From an uncultured virus (IMG/VR IMGVR_UViG_3300027832_000007) (lineage: Duplodnaviria > Heunggongvirae > Uroviricota > Caudoviricetes), in the IMG/VR virus record IMGVR_UViG_3300027832_000007: a stretch of DNA of 61,775 nucleotides. One strand, 5' to 3'. This document shows positions 48,995 through 59,297 of the stretch, in pieces (position 1 is the stretch's first letter; every line of letters begins with the position of its first letter). A program made the translations under genes and the position numbers. Below the pieces are notes generated by a model that did no database searches, had not been told where the DNA came from, and worked only from the letters and a program-made list of their open reading frames with translations.

Positions 48995-50392
48995 TTAAAA
49001 TTGCGTTTGTGGTAACAGTTCTTTTAATCTTTTATAATTTTCACCACCTATTTGTTCTTCTTTGATACCTAATCTAAGTAGTGAACCACCATTGCTCTTA
49101 TCTAAATATTTAATTTCTTCTGGAAAATACAAAATTGGGTTATCTGAAAGGTTTAAGAAAATAAGTTTTTGCAGTTTACCAATCTCTTTTGGTATTTGTT
49201 TTATTTTATTATTACTCAAAACCAACATCTCCAAATTAATTAAATCACCAATTGATTCATGAAGTTCAACCATATTAGCCGAACATATGATTAGTTGGTC
49301 CAAATTATTAAATTTACTTATGTTTGGTAATTTTGGAATCTCTCTATTCATAAATCTTATCGTTGGTGTTTCAATATCAATCATATCAAATAAACTATCC
49401 GCAAAACCAAATTTAACTAAATAATCTAAATAAAGATTCTGTTCAATACCTTTTTTGTTAGCCTTTGCATTTACCATTAATGTTTCATGAAAATAATTAT
49501 GAATACCTTCACTCTCAAGTAAAACATTTTCAAATATACTAACATTACTACCATTTTTTCTATCTTTTAATTGATTACTCTCAAAATGTACTTGATATAA
49601 TTCATCAGACTTTCCATCAAAAAATAAATTATTTATTATTATGTAAATATCAGATTTATCACCATTTGGTTTTCTATATTCAGTATATCTTTTAAACATT
49701 CCATTTCCACTCTTAGCCGTACACCAGTTAGTAAATTTATCAAAGGCAATACTAGCATCGACAGATTTAGGTATAAATAAAGTATATTTTCTATCCTTTA
49801 CTGGAATTTCAGCCTCACCAGATTCAACAAATTTATTTAAAACTCTCTCTAAACTTGAGGGTTCCTTTTCAATAAAAGGGTCAACAACATCAAATAATTG
49901 AGATAATGATTTATATTGGTTAATATCAGTAGGGTCTTCAATGTGTTTTAAAGCGTAACTAGCTTTACATAAATTTTTAAATTTTTTCTTTCGCTTATTA
50001 CTTTCAAATAAAATTAAATAAGAATTAGCTTGAGGTAAATCCTCCAATACTAAACGAATCGCTATAGGTATTGTTTCTGAATCCTTACATAAACGAGAGA
50101 ATAGATTTAACATCCACTGAACATAAATTTTATTATTTGTAGGGTCAGCTATTATCATATCAGTAAAAACAAATGAACAAACACTAACCTTTAAAGATAA
50201 TTTACCTTTTTTATTTAAAATCTTAGATACAATACCTAAAACCTCACCATCTCTAACAATTAACTCAGATAACCAACCCTCTGCTGCTAACTCACTCATT
50301 TTATCGGTAACTCCATCAAGTGAACCATCACATTCAAAAACGTCAAATTTTTCAGTCAAAAACGTTATTCTATCTTTAATTATATCCTTCAT
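48995..50392 (-). CDS. leucine-rich-repeat protein with an N-terminal T-x-W-C domain
   Basis: TNWCTA, YQVHFESNQLKD; C-terminal LxxLxLxxNxIxxIPxEIGxL repeats. Confidence 0.75.
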   Translation of the reverse strand: MKDIIKDRITFLTEKFDVFECDGSLDGVTDKMSELAAEGWLSELIVRDGEVLGIVSKILNKKGKLSLKVSVCSFVFTDMIIADPTNNKIYVQWMLNLFSRLCKDSETIPIAIRLVLEDLPQANSYLILFESNKRKKKFKNLCKASYALKHIEDPTDINQYKSLSQLFDVVDPFIEKEPSSLERVLNKFVESGEAEIPVKDRKYTLFIPKSVDASIAFDKFTNWCTAKSGNGMFKRYTEYRKPNGDKSDIYIIINNLFFDGKSDELYQVHFESNQLKDRKNGSNVSIFENVLLESEGIHNYFHETLMVNAKANKKGIEQNLYLDYLVKFGFADSLFDMIDIETPTIRFMNREIPKLPNISKFNNLDQLIICSANMVELHESIGDLINLEMLVLSNNKIKQIPKEIGKLQKLIFLNLSDNPILYFPEEIKYLDKSNGGSLLRLGIKEEQIGGENYKRLKELLPQTQF

Positions 50393-50430
50393 GTTGCAAA
50401 CATACCATTAATAAAAATACAAATCAACAT

Positions 50431-50778
50431 CTAAACTAAAAATCGATTAAAATAATCTTCCTCAATATATTCCTCAATTCGTTTCTTTAGAAACCAAAAA
50501 ACACCACTTAAATTATCCTTCTCTCTTTGTATAAAGTCTAAAATTATTTCCGATGGGTCTTCACCATCGGTTAATCTATATTTCAATTCTTCAATGTAAT
50601 CAACATCGACATAAACATCTTCCGTTAATATCTCAATAACAACATTATATGTTTCCCATCTACCCTCTTGTTCCTCATCGTAGGTTCTTATAATTTCATT
50701 AATATGCTTAGTATATTCCTTGTCCAAAGTTGTTCTATTACCTTTAGCGGCCCTAAATATTAAATTTTTAGTGTCCAT
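50431..50778 (-). CDS. hypothetical protein (paralog of 50937..51257)
   Basis: Shared W.TYN.VI.E...EL.YRLT...DP motif. Confidence 0.7.
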   Translation of the reverse strand: MDTKNLIFRAAKGNRTTLDKEYTKHINEIIRTYDEEQEGRWETYNVVIEILTEDVYVDVDYIEELKYRLTDGEDPSEIILDFIQREKDNLSGVFWFLKKRIEEYIEEDYFNRFLV

Positions 50779-50936
50779 CTAGTTATATTTAAATTAAATG
50801 TTATCTAACTATAAATATCTATATTTAATGAATAATATCAAAAATATATAATTAAAATTAAATAATATTAGACTATATCTATACTGTATTTTTATGATAA
50901 CTATTTTATTATCAGTATATTAAATTAATATTAAGT

Positions 50937-51257
50937 TTAAAGATTACGTATTTTATCGTATAAACGATTTAACTCTTCGGTACGTATTTCTAATTCTTCT
51001 ATTAGGTTAATACATACTTTATTAGGGTCAATATCTTCAGTTAATCTGTATTGTAATTCACTAACTTTTAAATTATCTTTTAGATTATTTTTTAACTCTA
51101 AAATGACTTGATTATAAGTCATCCAAGCCTTATTATTATTAATATCACCAATTAATAATTCGTTAATTAATTTAGATTCATATTCTATCTCCAAATTAGT
51201 TTCGAAAGAACCATAATGGTCTCTTAATACAAAACTTATTTTAGATTTTAAATCCAT
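50937..51257 (-). CDS. hypothetical protein (paralog of 50431..50778)
   Basis: WMTYNQVILE...ELQYRLTEDIDP. Confidence 0.7.
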   Translation of the reverse strand: MDLKSKISFVLRDHYGSFETNLEIEYESKLINELLIGDINNNKAWMTYNQVILELKNNLKDNLKVSELQYRLTEDIDPNKVCINLIEELEIRTEELNRLYDKIRNL

Positions 51258-51258
51258 T

Positions 51259-51603
51259 TTAATTTATTGATACATTTACACTTAAACTATAATCATTTGT
51301 AATCTTCCCATCTACCCAATCTCTAATGACTTGTTTTATGAATGGCTCACCAACAGTATGAAACTTGTAGTTAACGTACTCATATAAGCTCTTAGGTGAT
51401 ATTAACTCTTCATCAACAGTTACCTCAAACATAGTTTCAGTAAAATATTCACCACCTTTGCGTACAAAGTTATCACTAGGGCTATAATTAGCGTCTAGAA
51501 AGTTTTTTATCTCTTTTACAAGATTACTATGTTTCGTAGATTCTACAAGTAAATTTTCTATTCTACCATATTGTGTCTCTGTAATAATTAATTTCTTTTT
51601 CAT
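51259..51603 (-). CDS. putative internal head protein
   Basis: MKKKLIITETQY...LLVE leader; late promoter at 51608. Confidence 0.55.
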   Translation of the reverse strand: MKKKLIITETQYGRIENLLVESTKHSNLVKEIKNFLDANYSPSDNFVRKGGEYFTETMFEVTVDEELISPKSLYEYVNYKFHTVGEPFIKQVIRDWVDGKITNDYSLSVNVSIN

Positions 51604-51669
51604 ATCTATAAATATAATAATAATGATAATGATAATAATAAAAAAGGTTAATTTATTAACCCATTTTAA

Positions 51670-51990
51670 TTAAGATAATAAATTATCTATTATCGTTTTT
51701 AATTCTTTTTTTGTTTTGTTACCAACTATCTTTTTAATGACATCACCATTCTTAAAAAATAATATACTTGGTATATTTCTAATACCATAATTTGTTGCTA
51801 ATTTGCTATTAGCATCAACATTTACCTTTCCAATAGTAATATCTTTATCAATATATTCTTCATATAAATCATCAATTATTGGTGTAATTAATTTACATGG
51901 TACACACCATGGGGCCCAAAAGTCTACCATAGTTAAATTTTTTTCGATTAAAACAGCATCGAAATTTTCGTTTGTTAATTCTAAAGCCAT
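51670..51990 (-). CDS. trxA: thioredoxin
   Basis: VDFWAPWCVPCK, KVNVD, YGIRNIPSILFFKNG. Confidence 0.93.
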   Translation of the reverse strand: MALELTNENFDAVLIEKNLTMVDFWAPWCVPCKLITPIIDDLYEEYIDKDITIGKVNVDANSKLATNYGIRNIPSILFFKNGDVIKKIVGNKTKKELKTIIDNLLS

Positions 51991-52047
51991 TGTTTTATTT
52001 TTAATTTAAATTGTTATATATATATATATAAATATAAATCAACATCA

Positions 52048-52311
52048 ATGAACGACTCGAATATTATATGGAAAATTTTAGTTAGGCAGTTTAATAATGA
52101 CCACCCAATTATATCCTTATATTTAAGTACCAGTGAACATGGTCAGTTTAAATCTAAAAAAGGTTGTATTGATAAAATGATGAGGTTTATATCTGAAATA
52201 GTTTCACCATTTATAGAAGACCATATCTCTAGAGAAATGGTAATTTACTTCTTAGAAATCAAAAGAAAAGAATATAATAAAGGATTATTTAAAATAAAAT
52301 CAATCTACTGA
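52048..52311 (+). CDS. hypothetical protein
   Basis: 87-aa ORF. Confidence 0.5.
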   Translation: MNDSNIIWKILVRQFNNDHPIISLYLSTSEHGQFKSKKGCIDKMMRFISEIVSPFIEDHISREMVIYFLEIKRKEYNKGLFKIKSIY

Positions 52312-52653
52312 ATTTATAAAGAAATTATTATCTATAATCAATATTTTATAATATTGTACAATATGGTCAATATCCATTCCAACAAAATTACGAAGATATT
52401 TAATTGATGTCTCATCGTTAAGAAAATATATTAACTTTAATTTATCAATTACGTCACTAATAGTGATTGAATCATTTATAGATATGGTTTTAGTTTTAGA
52501 ATCTAAAAGTGAGTGAAATAAATTTCTACAAAATGGTGGGAAAGTATTAAAATAGCCGTTTTTAAAACTATTAAATAAAGATTCACATATAGTTAAGTAA
52601 ATATATTTTTCATATTTAATTAAATCTTCATGTTTTAATTGATTGTTATACAT
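52300..52653 (-). CDS. hypothetical protein
   Basis: 117-aa ORF. Confidence 0.45.
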   Translation of the reverse strand: MYNNQLKHEDLIKYEKYIYLTICESLFNSFKNGYFNTFPPFCRNLFHSLLDSKTKTISINDSITISDVIDKLKLIYFLNDETSIKYLRNFVGMDIDHIVQYYKILIIDNNFFINSVD

Positions 52654-52753
52654 ATTTATAATTATAAAATATTTATGTTATGGAAAAAGATGAAAAAGAT
52701 GAGATTATCCAAGATGAGTGGGACAACCATATTGGTGATATAATATCATTTTA

Positions 52754-52996
52754 ATGGTAAATTTTGAACGATATTTAATTACTAAATTCCTTGAAAGAAA
52801 CTATCCAGTATCAAGGGTTAAAGAAAATATGCGTTTCAAAAGAGCAATAGTTTTAGACGATGGTATTTATTTCTTAAATGATAAAAATAACCTAAATAGT
52901 CTAATCTATAGATTTGAACAAATTCTTAAAATAGTGTTCTGCTTTGATGAAAATCTTAGTAGAACCGTTTTAAAAGAATTCCTAAACATACCCTAA
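52754..52996 (+). CDS. hypothetical protein
   Basis: 80-aa ORF. Confidence 0.55.
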   Translation: MVNFERYLITKFLERNYPVSRVKENMRFKRAIVLDDGIYFLNDKNNLNSLIYRFEQILKIVFCFDENLSRTVLKEFLNIP

Positions 52997-53581
52997 TCAC
53001 CATTCCTCTACTTTTTTTAATGTTAATTGTGTCCAATATCTACAATTATATCCATTTATGCTACTTTGAGTCTCTTGAATCCTAATACTAACTAACTTAT
53101 TTTTATAGTTTAGTATATTACCACTATAAGGTCTAGCTGAACCACCCATCAACTGCTCTTCTATTCCATGTATTGGGTCCTCAATTATTGATTTATAAGG
53201 ACCTTTAAAATGAAACCTATAATGCTTACTCTTATCATCATTTAAAACGAATACACCATCACCATTTTCAATTAATGGTCTATAAAAAGACCAAGTAGTT
53301 ACATTCTTACTTATATCTTCAATGTCAAAATAACTACCACCCCATCTCATACTAGAAATAACCTTCACATCATCAAAATGATTAAAAACGTATTTACCCC
53401 CAGTTTCATGGTTTTCAATATACATAACAGCATCAACAACTAAAAATTTACCCCATTGAGTTATCCTTTGTTGTTCATCATCAGTGGCTGCAACATAATA
53501 ATCATCTGTAGGATATGGATATTCTTTCTGACAAGATAAAATACTAAACAATAATAATAGATATATTAATAACTTTTTCAT
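52997..53581 (-). CDS. Bacteroidota-type lipoprotein
   Basis: MKKLLIYLLLLFSILS/CQKE lipobox; TACCTTTG promoter at 53605-53612 on the minus strand. Confidence 0.75.
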   Translation of the reverse strand: MKKLLIYLLLLFSILSCQKEYPYPTDDYYVAATDDEQQRITQWGKFLVVDAVMYIENHETGGKYVFNHFDDVKVISSMRWGGSYFDIEDISKNVTTWSFYRPLIENGDGVFVLNDDKSKHYRFHFKGPYKSIIEDPIHGIEEQLMGGSARPYSGNILNYKNKLVSIRIQETQSSINGYNCRYWTQLTLKKVEEW

Positions 53582-53683
53582 AATTTACATACACTTAATT
53601 AATTCAAAGGTATAAAACTTATTTATAATTTACAAACATAATTGACTTTATTATTAATTTTATTTAGATTTGATTAAAAATAT

Positions 53684-54136
53684 ATGGCGAATTATAGTTT
53701 CAGACCAGATTTGGTCTTAGGTAATGAAGGTGAAAATATCATAAAAGAATATCTAATTAGTAAAGGGTTAAAATTTGTTTCAGCAAACAATGATAACAAA
53801 TATGATTTAATTATGGATAAAAATGGTTCTGAAGTTTCATACGAGATTAAAACCGATGTCCTATGTACACCATCTAAAGATACTGGAAATATGTTTGTTG
53901 AATTTAAATGTAGAAATAAACCATCTGGCGTTGAAACATCAATAGCCGACTGGTTTGTAACTTATTTTAAACATTTAGGTGAGATATGGTTCATTAAAAC
54001 ATCAGACTTGAAAACATTGGTAAATAATAATCATTTTAAAATAATAACCAACGGTGGTGATAAAGGTTCCAATACTCATGGATATTTAATTAATAAGAAG
54101 TTGAATAAAGAACACTTTAAAGTTTATGAAATCTAA
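53684..54136 (+). CDS. PD-(D/E)XK nuclease-like protein
   Basis: GNEGE, YDLI, YEIKTD, TGNMFVE, PSGVETSIADW. Confidence 0.7.
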   Translation: MANYSFRPDLVLGNEGENIIKEYLISKGLKFVSANNDNKYDLIMDKNGSEVSYEIKTDVLCTPSKDTGNMFVEFKCRNKPSGVETSIADWFVTYFKHLGEIWFIKTSDLKTLVNNNHFKIITNGGDKGSNTHGYLINKKLNKEHFKVYEI

Positions 54137-54758
54137 AAAACAATTACTAGTAGAATTAATACCCAAAACTTGTCACTATTCAAATGTTAGAACAACAGTT
54201 AAACCATCTGAATGGGATAAGATTAGACGAATATCATATGATAATGCAGATAATAAATGTGAAATATGTACAGAATCTGGTAAGAATCAAGGATATAAAC
54301 ATAACGTTGAATGTCACGAAATTTGGGAATATGACGACATTAACCACATCCAAAAACTTATTGGTCTTATATCACTATGTCCAAACTGTCACCTAACAAA
54401 ACATATTGGCCGTGCAATCGCAATGGGTAGAGAACAAATTTGTTATGTTCAAATGAGTAAAGTGAATAAATGGACGCAGAAACAAATAGATAATCACATT
54501 ATAACATCATTTGAGCTCCATAAAGAGCGTTCAAAACATGAATGGTCATTAGATATAACACTACTAGAAAAAGACCCTTACAACATAACTTTAGAAAAAC
54601 TTAAAGAAAGAGTTTTTGAGGTTAAAAAATATAAAAAGAAACGTAAAAATAAAAAAGTAGATGGAGCACCAAAGAAAATACATCCAAGAGCTAAAATTTC
54701 TAATCTACTAAAAGGTAAAACTCAGACAAGTGGTAATAAAAGACCACCTAAAGAGTAG
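54126..54758 (+). CDS. HNH-like zinc-finger endonuclease
   Basis: CEIC, VECHEIWEY, LCPNCHLTKHIG. Confidence 0.75.
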   Translation: MKSKKQLLVELIPKTCHYSNVRTTVKPSEWDKIRRISYDNADNKCEICTESGKNQGYKHNVECHEIWEYDDINHIQKLIGLISLCPNCHLTKHIGRAIAMGREQICYVQMSKVNKWTQKQIDNHIITSFELHKERSKHEWSLDITLLEKDPYNITLEKLKERVFEVKKYKKKRKNKKVDGAPKKIHPRAKISNLLKGKTQTSGNKRPPKE

Positions 54759-54841
54759 AATCTTTATTCTCATTTTTAAGTTTTTTAATCAAATATACGT
54801 AATTTATAGGTTATGTTAAATATTTATATAGAAATAATAAT

Positions 54842-56860
54842 ATGAAATTATATATTAATAAAATAATTATAGAAAACTACTCAGTACCAACAACACAATC
54901 TATCGATGAGATAGATGATATTGCTAATAGTATTCAAGATAATATTAAAAAAGAAATTAAAATACCGTCTGACGTTATTAATAGCTTTGCAATAAACGAA
55001 ACTCTAAACCAAAGTATTTGGGATGGTGATAAACTTAAACCAATTGTTAGAAGAAAACTAATTACAATAGCCAATGATTTTTTTAAAACACTAGACCTAC
55101 CACAAGAAGTTAAAATGAAAGATATTATATTTACTGGTTCACTAGCAAATTATAATTGGTCAAAATTTTCAGATGTTGATTTACATATAGTATTAGATTT
55201 CTCTGAATTAAAAGGTGATAAAGAATTTAAAGAAAATTTCTTCTATGCACATAAAACAATTTGGAATCAAGAACACGATATAACTATATATGATTTCCCA
55301 GTAGAACTATACGCACAAGATATAAAAGCTAAATTGGTGGCATCAGCAGTATACTCAATCAAAAATGATAAATGGGTGTTAAAACCAACTAGAGAAAATT
55401 TTAAAATCAATAAAAATATAATAAAAGATAAAGCCGAAAAGTTTATAGCAAAACTTAGAAGTATAAAACAAGATTATAATGATGATAACTATAAATCAGT
55501 TGTTGCTAAAGTTACATCTCTAAAACATAAAATTAAAAACTATAGAACTGGTGGACTTGAAAAAGGTGGTGAGTTTTCTCTAGAGAACTTAGTATTCAAA
55601 GTACTTAGAAGAACACCATTCATGGATATACTAGATAGCTATAAAGGCAAAGCATATGATAAAATGATGTCAGTAGGTTATTCACTTAATAAAAGTGAAT
55701 TTTCAAATAATGTTTCTCTCTCATTCAAAGAAGAATTTGAAGATGAATATACAATCGAAGCAACATATGAAGATGATATAATTGGAAAATCATTTTTTAA
55801 AATATTATATGACCCATACTCAGATTTTGAAGCCGATTTTACTGAAGACCAAATAGAAGAAATATTTGGTGATGAACCAACAATGGTTATAGAATGGGTA
55901 GAAGTTACTAATGAATACTATCGAAAGTCTGGTGTGGGTAGAGCCATAATGACTAAAACAATTGATAAATGTAAGTCCATGGGTTTCAATAATATTTATT
56001 TAAACGCATCTCCAATAGCTGGTAAAGATTCATTAACACTAGATGAACTTGTTAAATGGTATGAGACCTTTGGTTTTACTTCAATACTAAACCAAAAAAG
56101 GAATACATTAATGATTAAAAAAGGAATTATGAAAGAATATTATAAACATAAATTAAGAGAAGCGTTAAATAAAATTACAGAAGCTAAAAATTACTCATCT
56201 AACAGCGACTACAACTCAACACTATCCAAAATAAAGAAAGCAAATGAACTATACGGTAACGACCCATATTTTAGAAATGTGTCAGAAGGTGAATGGGTTG
56301 GTGAAGCCGTAGTCAATATACACGGAGATATTAAAATAAAAAGGATAAATCAAAACCAAAGAGATGTTAAAGGTAATTCCCTAGGTGGTAGAAGTCAAAG
56401 TGCATTCTATAAAACATTTGAAGTTAACGCCTATGGTAATACTGAAAACCCAAAAGATAGACAAAATAATAGTATTCCAGCAAAAACTAGTTCCTCAGCA
56501 TCCGATGCGGCAATTAAAATACTAATTAACTATGGTCAAGTAATATTAGATTTTATACAAATAAATTTACCAGATTATGACGGTTATATATCAACTGGTG
56601 ATGCAAAAGACTTATCAGCGAAAGCAATGTCTGCTGACCCTAAACTTGAAAAACATAAATTACGTAAAGATTTCGAAATGAAAATAGGTAGACATGCAAC
56701 AGATACAGAATTTCAAGAATTTATTAAGACTGGTGAAACACCAAAAGCACCTCAAAAAACACTTATATCTCCATATACAGAAACTGGTGCCGAAAGAAAA
56801 GCTAGAACGGATGCCGAACGCCTTGAAAAAAGTGAAAGACTTAGAAAGAAAAGAGGATAA
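54842..56860 (+). CDS. Pol-beta-superfamily nucleotidyltransferase fused to a GNAT acetyltransferase and a C-terminal unknown domain
   Basis: FTGSLANYNWSKFSDVDLH (GS-DxD), VELYAQ; YRKSGVGRAIM...IYLNASP...LVKWYETFGF (GNAT). Confidence 0.8.
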   Translation: MKLYINKIIIENYSVPTTQSIDEIDDIANSIQDNIKKEIKIPSDVINSFAINETLNQSIWDGDKLKPIVRRKLITIANDFFKTLDLPQEVKMKDIIFTGSLANYNWSKFSDVDLHIVLDFSELKGDKEFKENFFYAHKTIWNQEHDITIYDFPVELYAQDIKAKLVASAVYSIKNDKWVLKPTRENFKINKNIIKDKAEKFIAKLRSIKQDYNDDNYKSVVAKVTSLKHKIKNYRTGGLEKGGEFSLENLVFKVLRRTPFMDILDSYKGKAYDKMMSVGYSLNKSEFSNNVSLSFKEEFEDEYTIEATYEDDIIGKSFFKILYDPYSDFEADFTEDQIEEIFGDEPTMVIEWVEVTNEYYRKSGVGRAIMTKTIDKCKSMGFNNIYLNASPIAGKDSLTLDELVKWYETFGFTSILNQKRNTLMIKKGIMKEYYKHKLREALNKITEAKNYSSNSDYNSTLSKIKKANELYGNDPYFRNVSEGEWVGEAVVNIHGDIKIKRINQNQRDVKGNSLGGRSQSAFYKTFEVNAYGNTENPKDRQNNSIPAKTSSSASDAAIKILINYGQVILDFIQINLPDYDGYISTGDAKDLSAKAMSADPKLEKHKLRKDFEMKIGRHATDTEFQEFIKTGETPKAPQKTLISPYTETGAERKARTDAERLEKSERLRKKRG

Positions 56861-56873
56861 TAATAATAATAAT

Positions 56874-56898
56874 AAAAAGGACCAATTAGGTCCTTTTT
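56874..56898. terminator. bidirectional terminator between convergent genes
   Basis: AAAAAGGACC-aatta-GGTCCTTTT. Confidence 0.8.
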
Positions 56899-57673
56899 AC
56901 ATTTTTGACATTTCTTTACCTAATAAGTTTTCACGGGCCATCCTATCACGCATTAACCTCTTCCACTTAAACTTATCATCATCACTAAACCCATTAAATA
57001 ATGAGGATAATGATGGTGATAAACTTAACATATCATTAAAAGTTAAATTATCCCATATAGATTCATTTTCTCTTTTTAATTGAACAACATTATGTATTAA
57101 TGCTTGAATCTCCATAGGTTGAACATACCTTGAACGACCCTTACTATCAGTAGTGCTCTGTCTACGAATACTTTTTTTTATTTCTTTTTCAATATGCTTA
57201 TTATGTAACGTATCATCGACCCAATGAGTTAACTCATGATGAATACTTCCCTTTAACCTACTAGCATCAAATTCTTTAGTAAGTCTTTTATAATCTTCAT
57301 TATTATTATTTTTTAAAAAGTTAATGCTTGCATCTAAACTATTTTTATTGTCTTTGATAAAATTAATAGCTGCAAAATTTGAAGATAAAGAAATACTTTT
57401 ATCAATTGGATTGTAATAATTACCACCATCATAATTTATTCTTATAATACATGGATTAATAGCATTCGCCTCAATAGCTAAAGGTGACGTTAAAGAAGAT
57501 GTTGATAATACATGACGTTCAAACATCTCATCAGTAATAAATCGATTATTTATAATTTCTTCACAATCAGATTTAAAATAAATAGAATATAAATTATCAA
57601 CATCTATTGATAAATCCATTAAAGCTTCACTCAATAAACCCTCCCTTAATAAATTTTTTATTAAATTATTCAT
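56897..57673 (-). CDS. zincin-like metallopeptidase with LLRE leader
   Basis: IHHELTHWVD (HExxH) ... PMEIQA; MNNLIKNLLRE. Confidence 0.7.
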   Translation of the reverse strand: MNNLIKNLLREGLLSEALMDLSIDVDNLYSIYFKSDCEEIINNRFITDEMFERHVLSTSSLTSPLAIEANAINPCIIRINYDGGNYYNPIDKSISLSSNFAAINFIKDNKNSLDASINFLKNNNNEDYKRLTKEFDASRLKGSIHHELTHWVDDTLHNKHIEKEIKKSIRRQSTTDSKGRSRYVQPMEIQALIHNVVQLKRENESIWDNLTFNDMLSLSPSLSSLFNGFSDDDKFKWKRLMRDRMARENLLGKEMSKM

Positions 57674-57682
57674 ATATTTTAA

Positions 57683-58657
57683 TTACTTTTTCCTATTTAA
57701 ATAAATAAACTGGTCATTAGTCAATGGGTGCCCTCTACCAATATAACTTTTTTTATACTCAAAACTTAATTGTTTAAACCAATTTAAATCACTATTACTG
57801 TTTCCTAATAATTTGTCCTCCGCTATTTCAGCAGCTGTCTTAGGTCTATTAATCATTTTATCAACTTCCACTCCATTGTCAATTAAATAAGTAATATAAC
57901 CATCCACATTTTCACCATACTCAGATATAGTTCCAGTTTCATTGTTAGCATCTGTTAAAGTAACACTATTTGCTCCCACATCAAAAACAACTATGTGTAA
58001 TGGGTCATCTAAATTTACACCACCACCAGAAGATTTCTTAATTCTAGTTTTATCAATAATATAATAAAATGTTGAAGTGTTAGTATTCCTATAACTCTGA
58101 TACATAGAATTACCAAACTGCCCAATACAAAAAGGATAATTCTGTCCAGTCAAACCACCTTGAGTGTATTGAATACATTTTTCAACACTATTTCCATCAT
58201 AAATATCAAATTTTTCATTACTCCAGAATTTTTTAACCTCACTAGTAAACTCTTCAGAACTTGTGTTTTTAGGTTTATCACTATATAAAGTTAACTCACC
58301 ATCAATAAATTCAGATAATGAAATATAATCACTAAATTTATCATCACCAACAACTATCTGATTATTAACTATCTGCATAGGCTTAAGTTTGTCACCTAAT
58401 TTAACAAACTTATTAAAAGTAAGTAAGATGTCATCAATAGTGGTAAAATCCTCAGGATTAGCATCAACATTAGCATAAATTAAAGCCATAAATGGTATAT
58501 GTTTTTTAGTAGGTGTTTCATCACCATTAACAAATTTGTCTTTTATCTCTTCTGGATTATCAATTCCTGCTTTTTTTAATATATTTAAAGCTTGAGTTTC
58601 TGAAGCTGTTGATTCTAATAAAAGATTATATGTTTCTAAAAGGTTCATTTTTTTCAT
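57683..58657 (-). CDS. hypothetical putative head-packaged protein
   Basis: MKKMNLLE leader; CIQY, YPFCIG, MYQSYR, TFYYI; late promoter at 58680. Confidence 0.6.
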   Translation of the reverse strand: MKKMNLLETYNLLLESTASETQALNILKKAGIDNPEEIKDKFVNGDETPTKKHIPFMALIYANVDANPEDFTTIDDILLTFNKFVKLGDKLKPMQIVNNQIVVGDDKFSDYISLSEFIDGELTLYSDKPKNTSSEEFTSEVKKFWSNEKFDIYDGNSVEKCIQYTQGGLTGQNYPFCIGQFGNSMYQSYRNTNTSTFYYIIDKTRIKKSSGGGVNLDDPLHIVVFDVGANSVTLTDANNETGTISEYGENVDGYITYLIDNGVEVDKMINRPKTAAEIAEDKLLGNSNSDLNWFKQLSFEYKKSYIGRGHPLTNDQFIYLNRKK

Positions 58658-58706
58658 TATTATTATTATTATTCTTTATATAAATATAAACCAAAATAGA
58701 TAAATT

Positions 58707-59288
58707 TTATTTATTTTTATTTGCAATCATCTTAACTTGTTCACTTGGGGTAATTCCATAATCTAGTATATATTTTAACGCATCACTATATCCTTTAACT
58801 GCAGCTATCTGAACATCTTCACTTGGGTCAATGCCATTATCTAGTATATACTCTATCGCATCACCATCTTGTGTAACTGCTGCTATTTGAACAGCTTCAC
58901 TTGGGGTAATGTCATATTCTAGGATATATTTTATCGCAAGACCATTTTGTGAAACAGTACCTAACTGAGTTGCCTCACTTGGTGTAACCCCGTTTTCTAA
59001 AATATATTTTATCACAAGACCATTTTTTGATACAGCAGCAATCTGAACAGCCTCACTTGGGTTAACCATACCTTTTATCACATAACTATTCTGTGTAACA
59101 ACTGAAATCTGAATCTCTTCTGGTAATTCACCATAATAATATTTAACATAATTAGCATCTTGTTTAATCCTAATTGCTATTCTTCTTAAATATGTTTTCT
59201 TTTCATTTGAGCTCAACATATCATATTGTTGTTTGGGTATTCCCATCCCAGTATTTATATACCGATTAATTAAATATTTATTATCCAT
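58707..59288 (-). CDS. DUF4116-like tandem-repeat protein (about 5 x 26-aa units)
   Basis: PSEAVQIAAVxxNGxxIxYILxxGxT repeats. Confidence 0.75.
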   Translation of the reverse strand: MDNKYLINRYINTGMGIPKQQYDMLSSNEKKTYLRRIAIRIKQDANYVKYYYGELPEEIQISVVTQNSYVIKGMVNPSEAVQIAAVSKNGLVIKYILENGVTPSEATQLGTVSQNGLAIKYILEYDITPSEAVQIAAVTQDGDAIEYILDNGIDPSEDVQIAAVKGYSDALKYILDYGITPSEQVKMIANKNK

Positions 59289-59297
59289 AATTTATTT

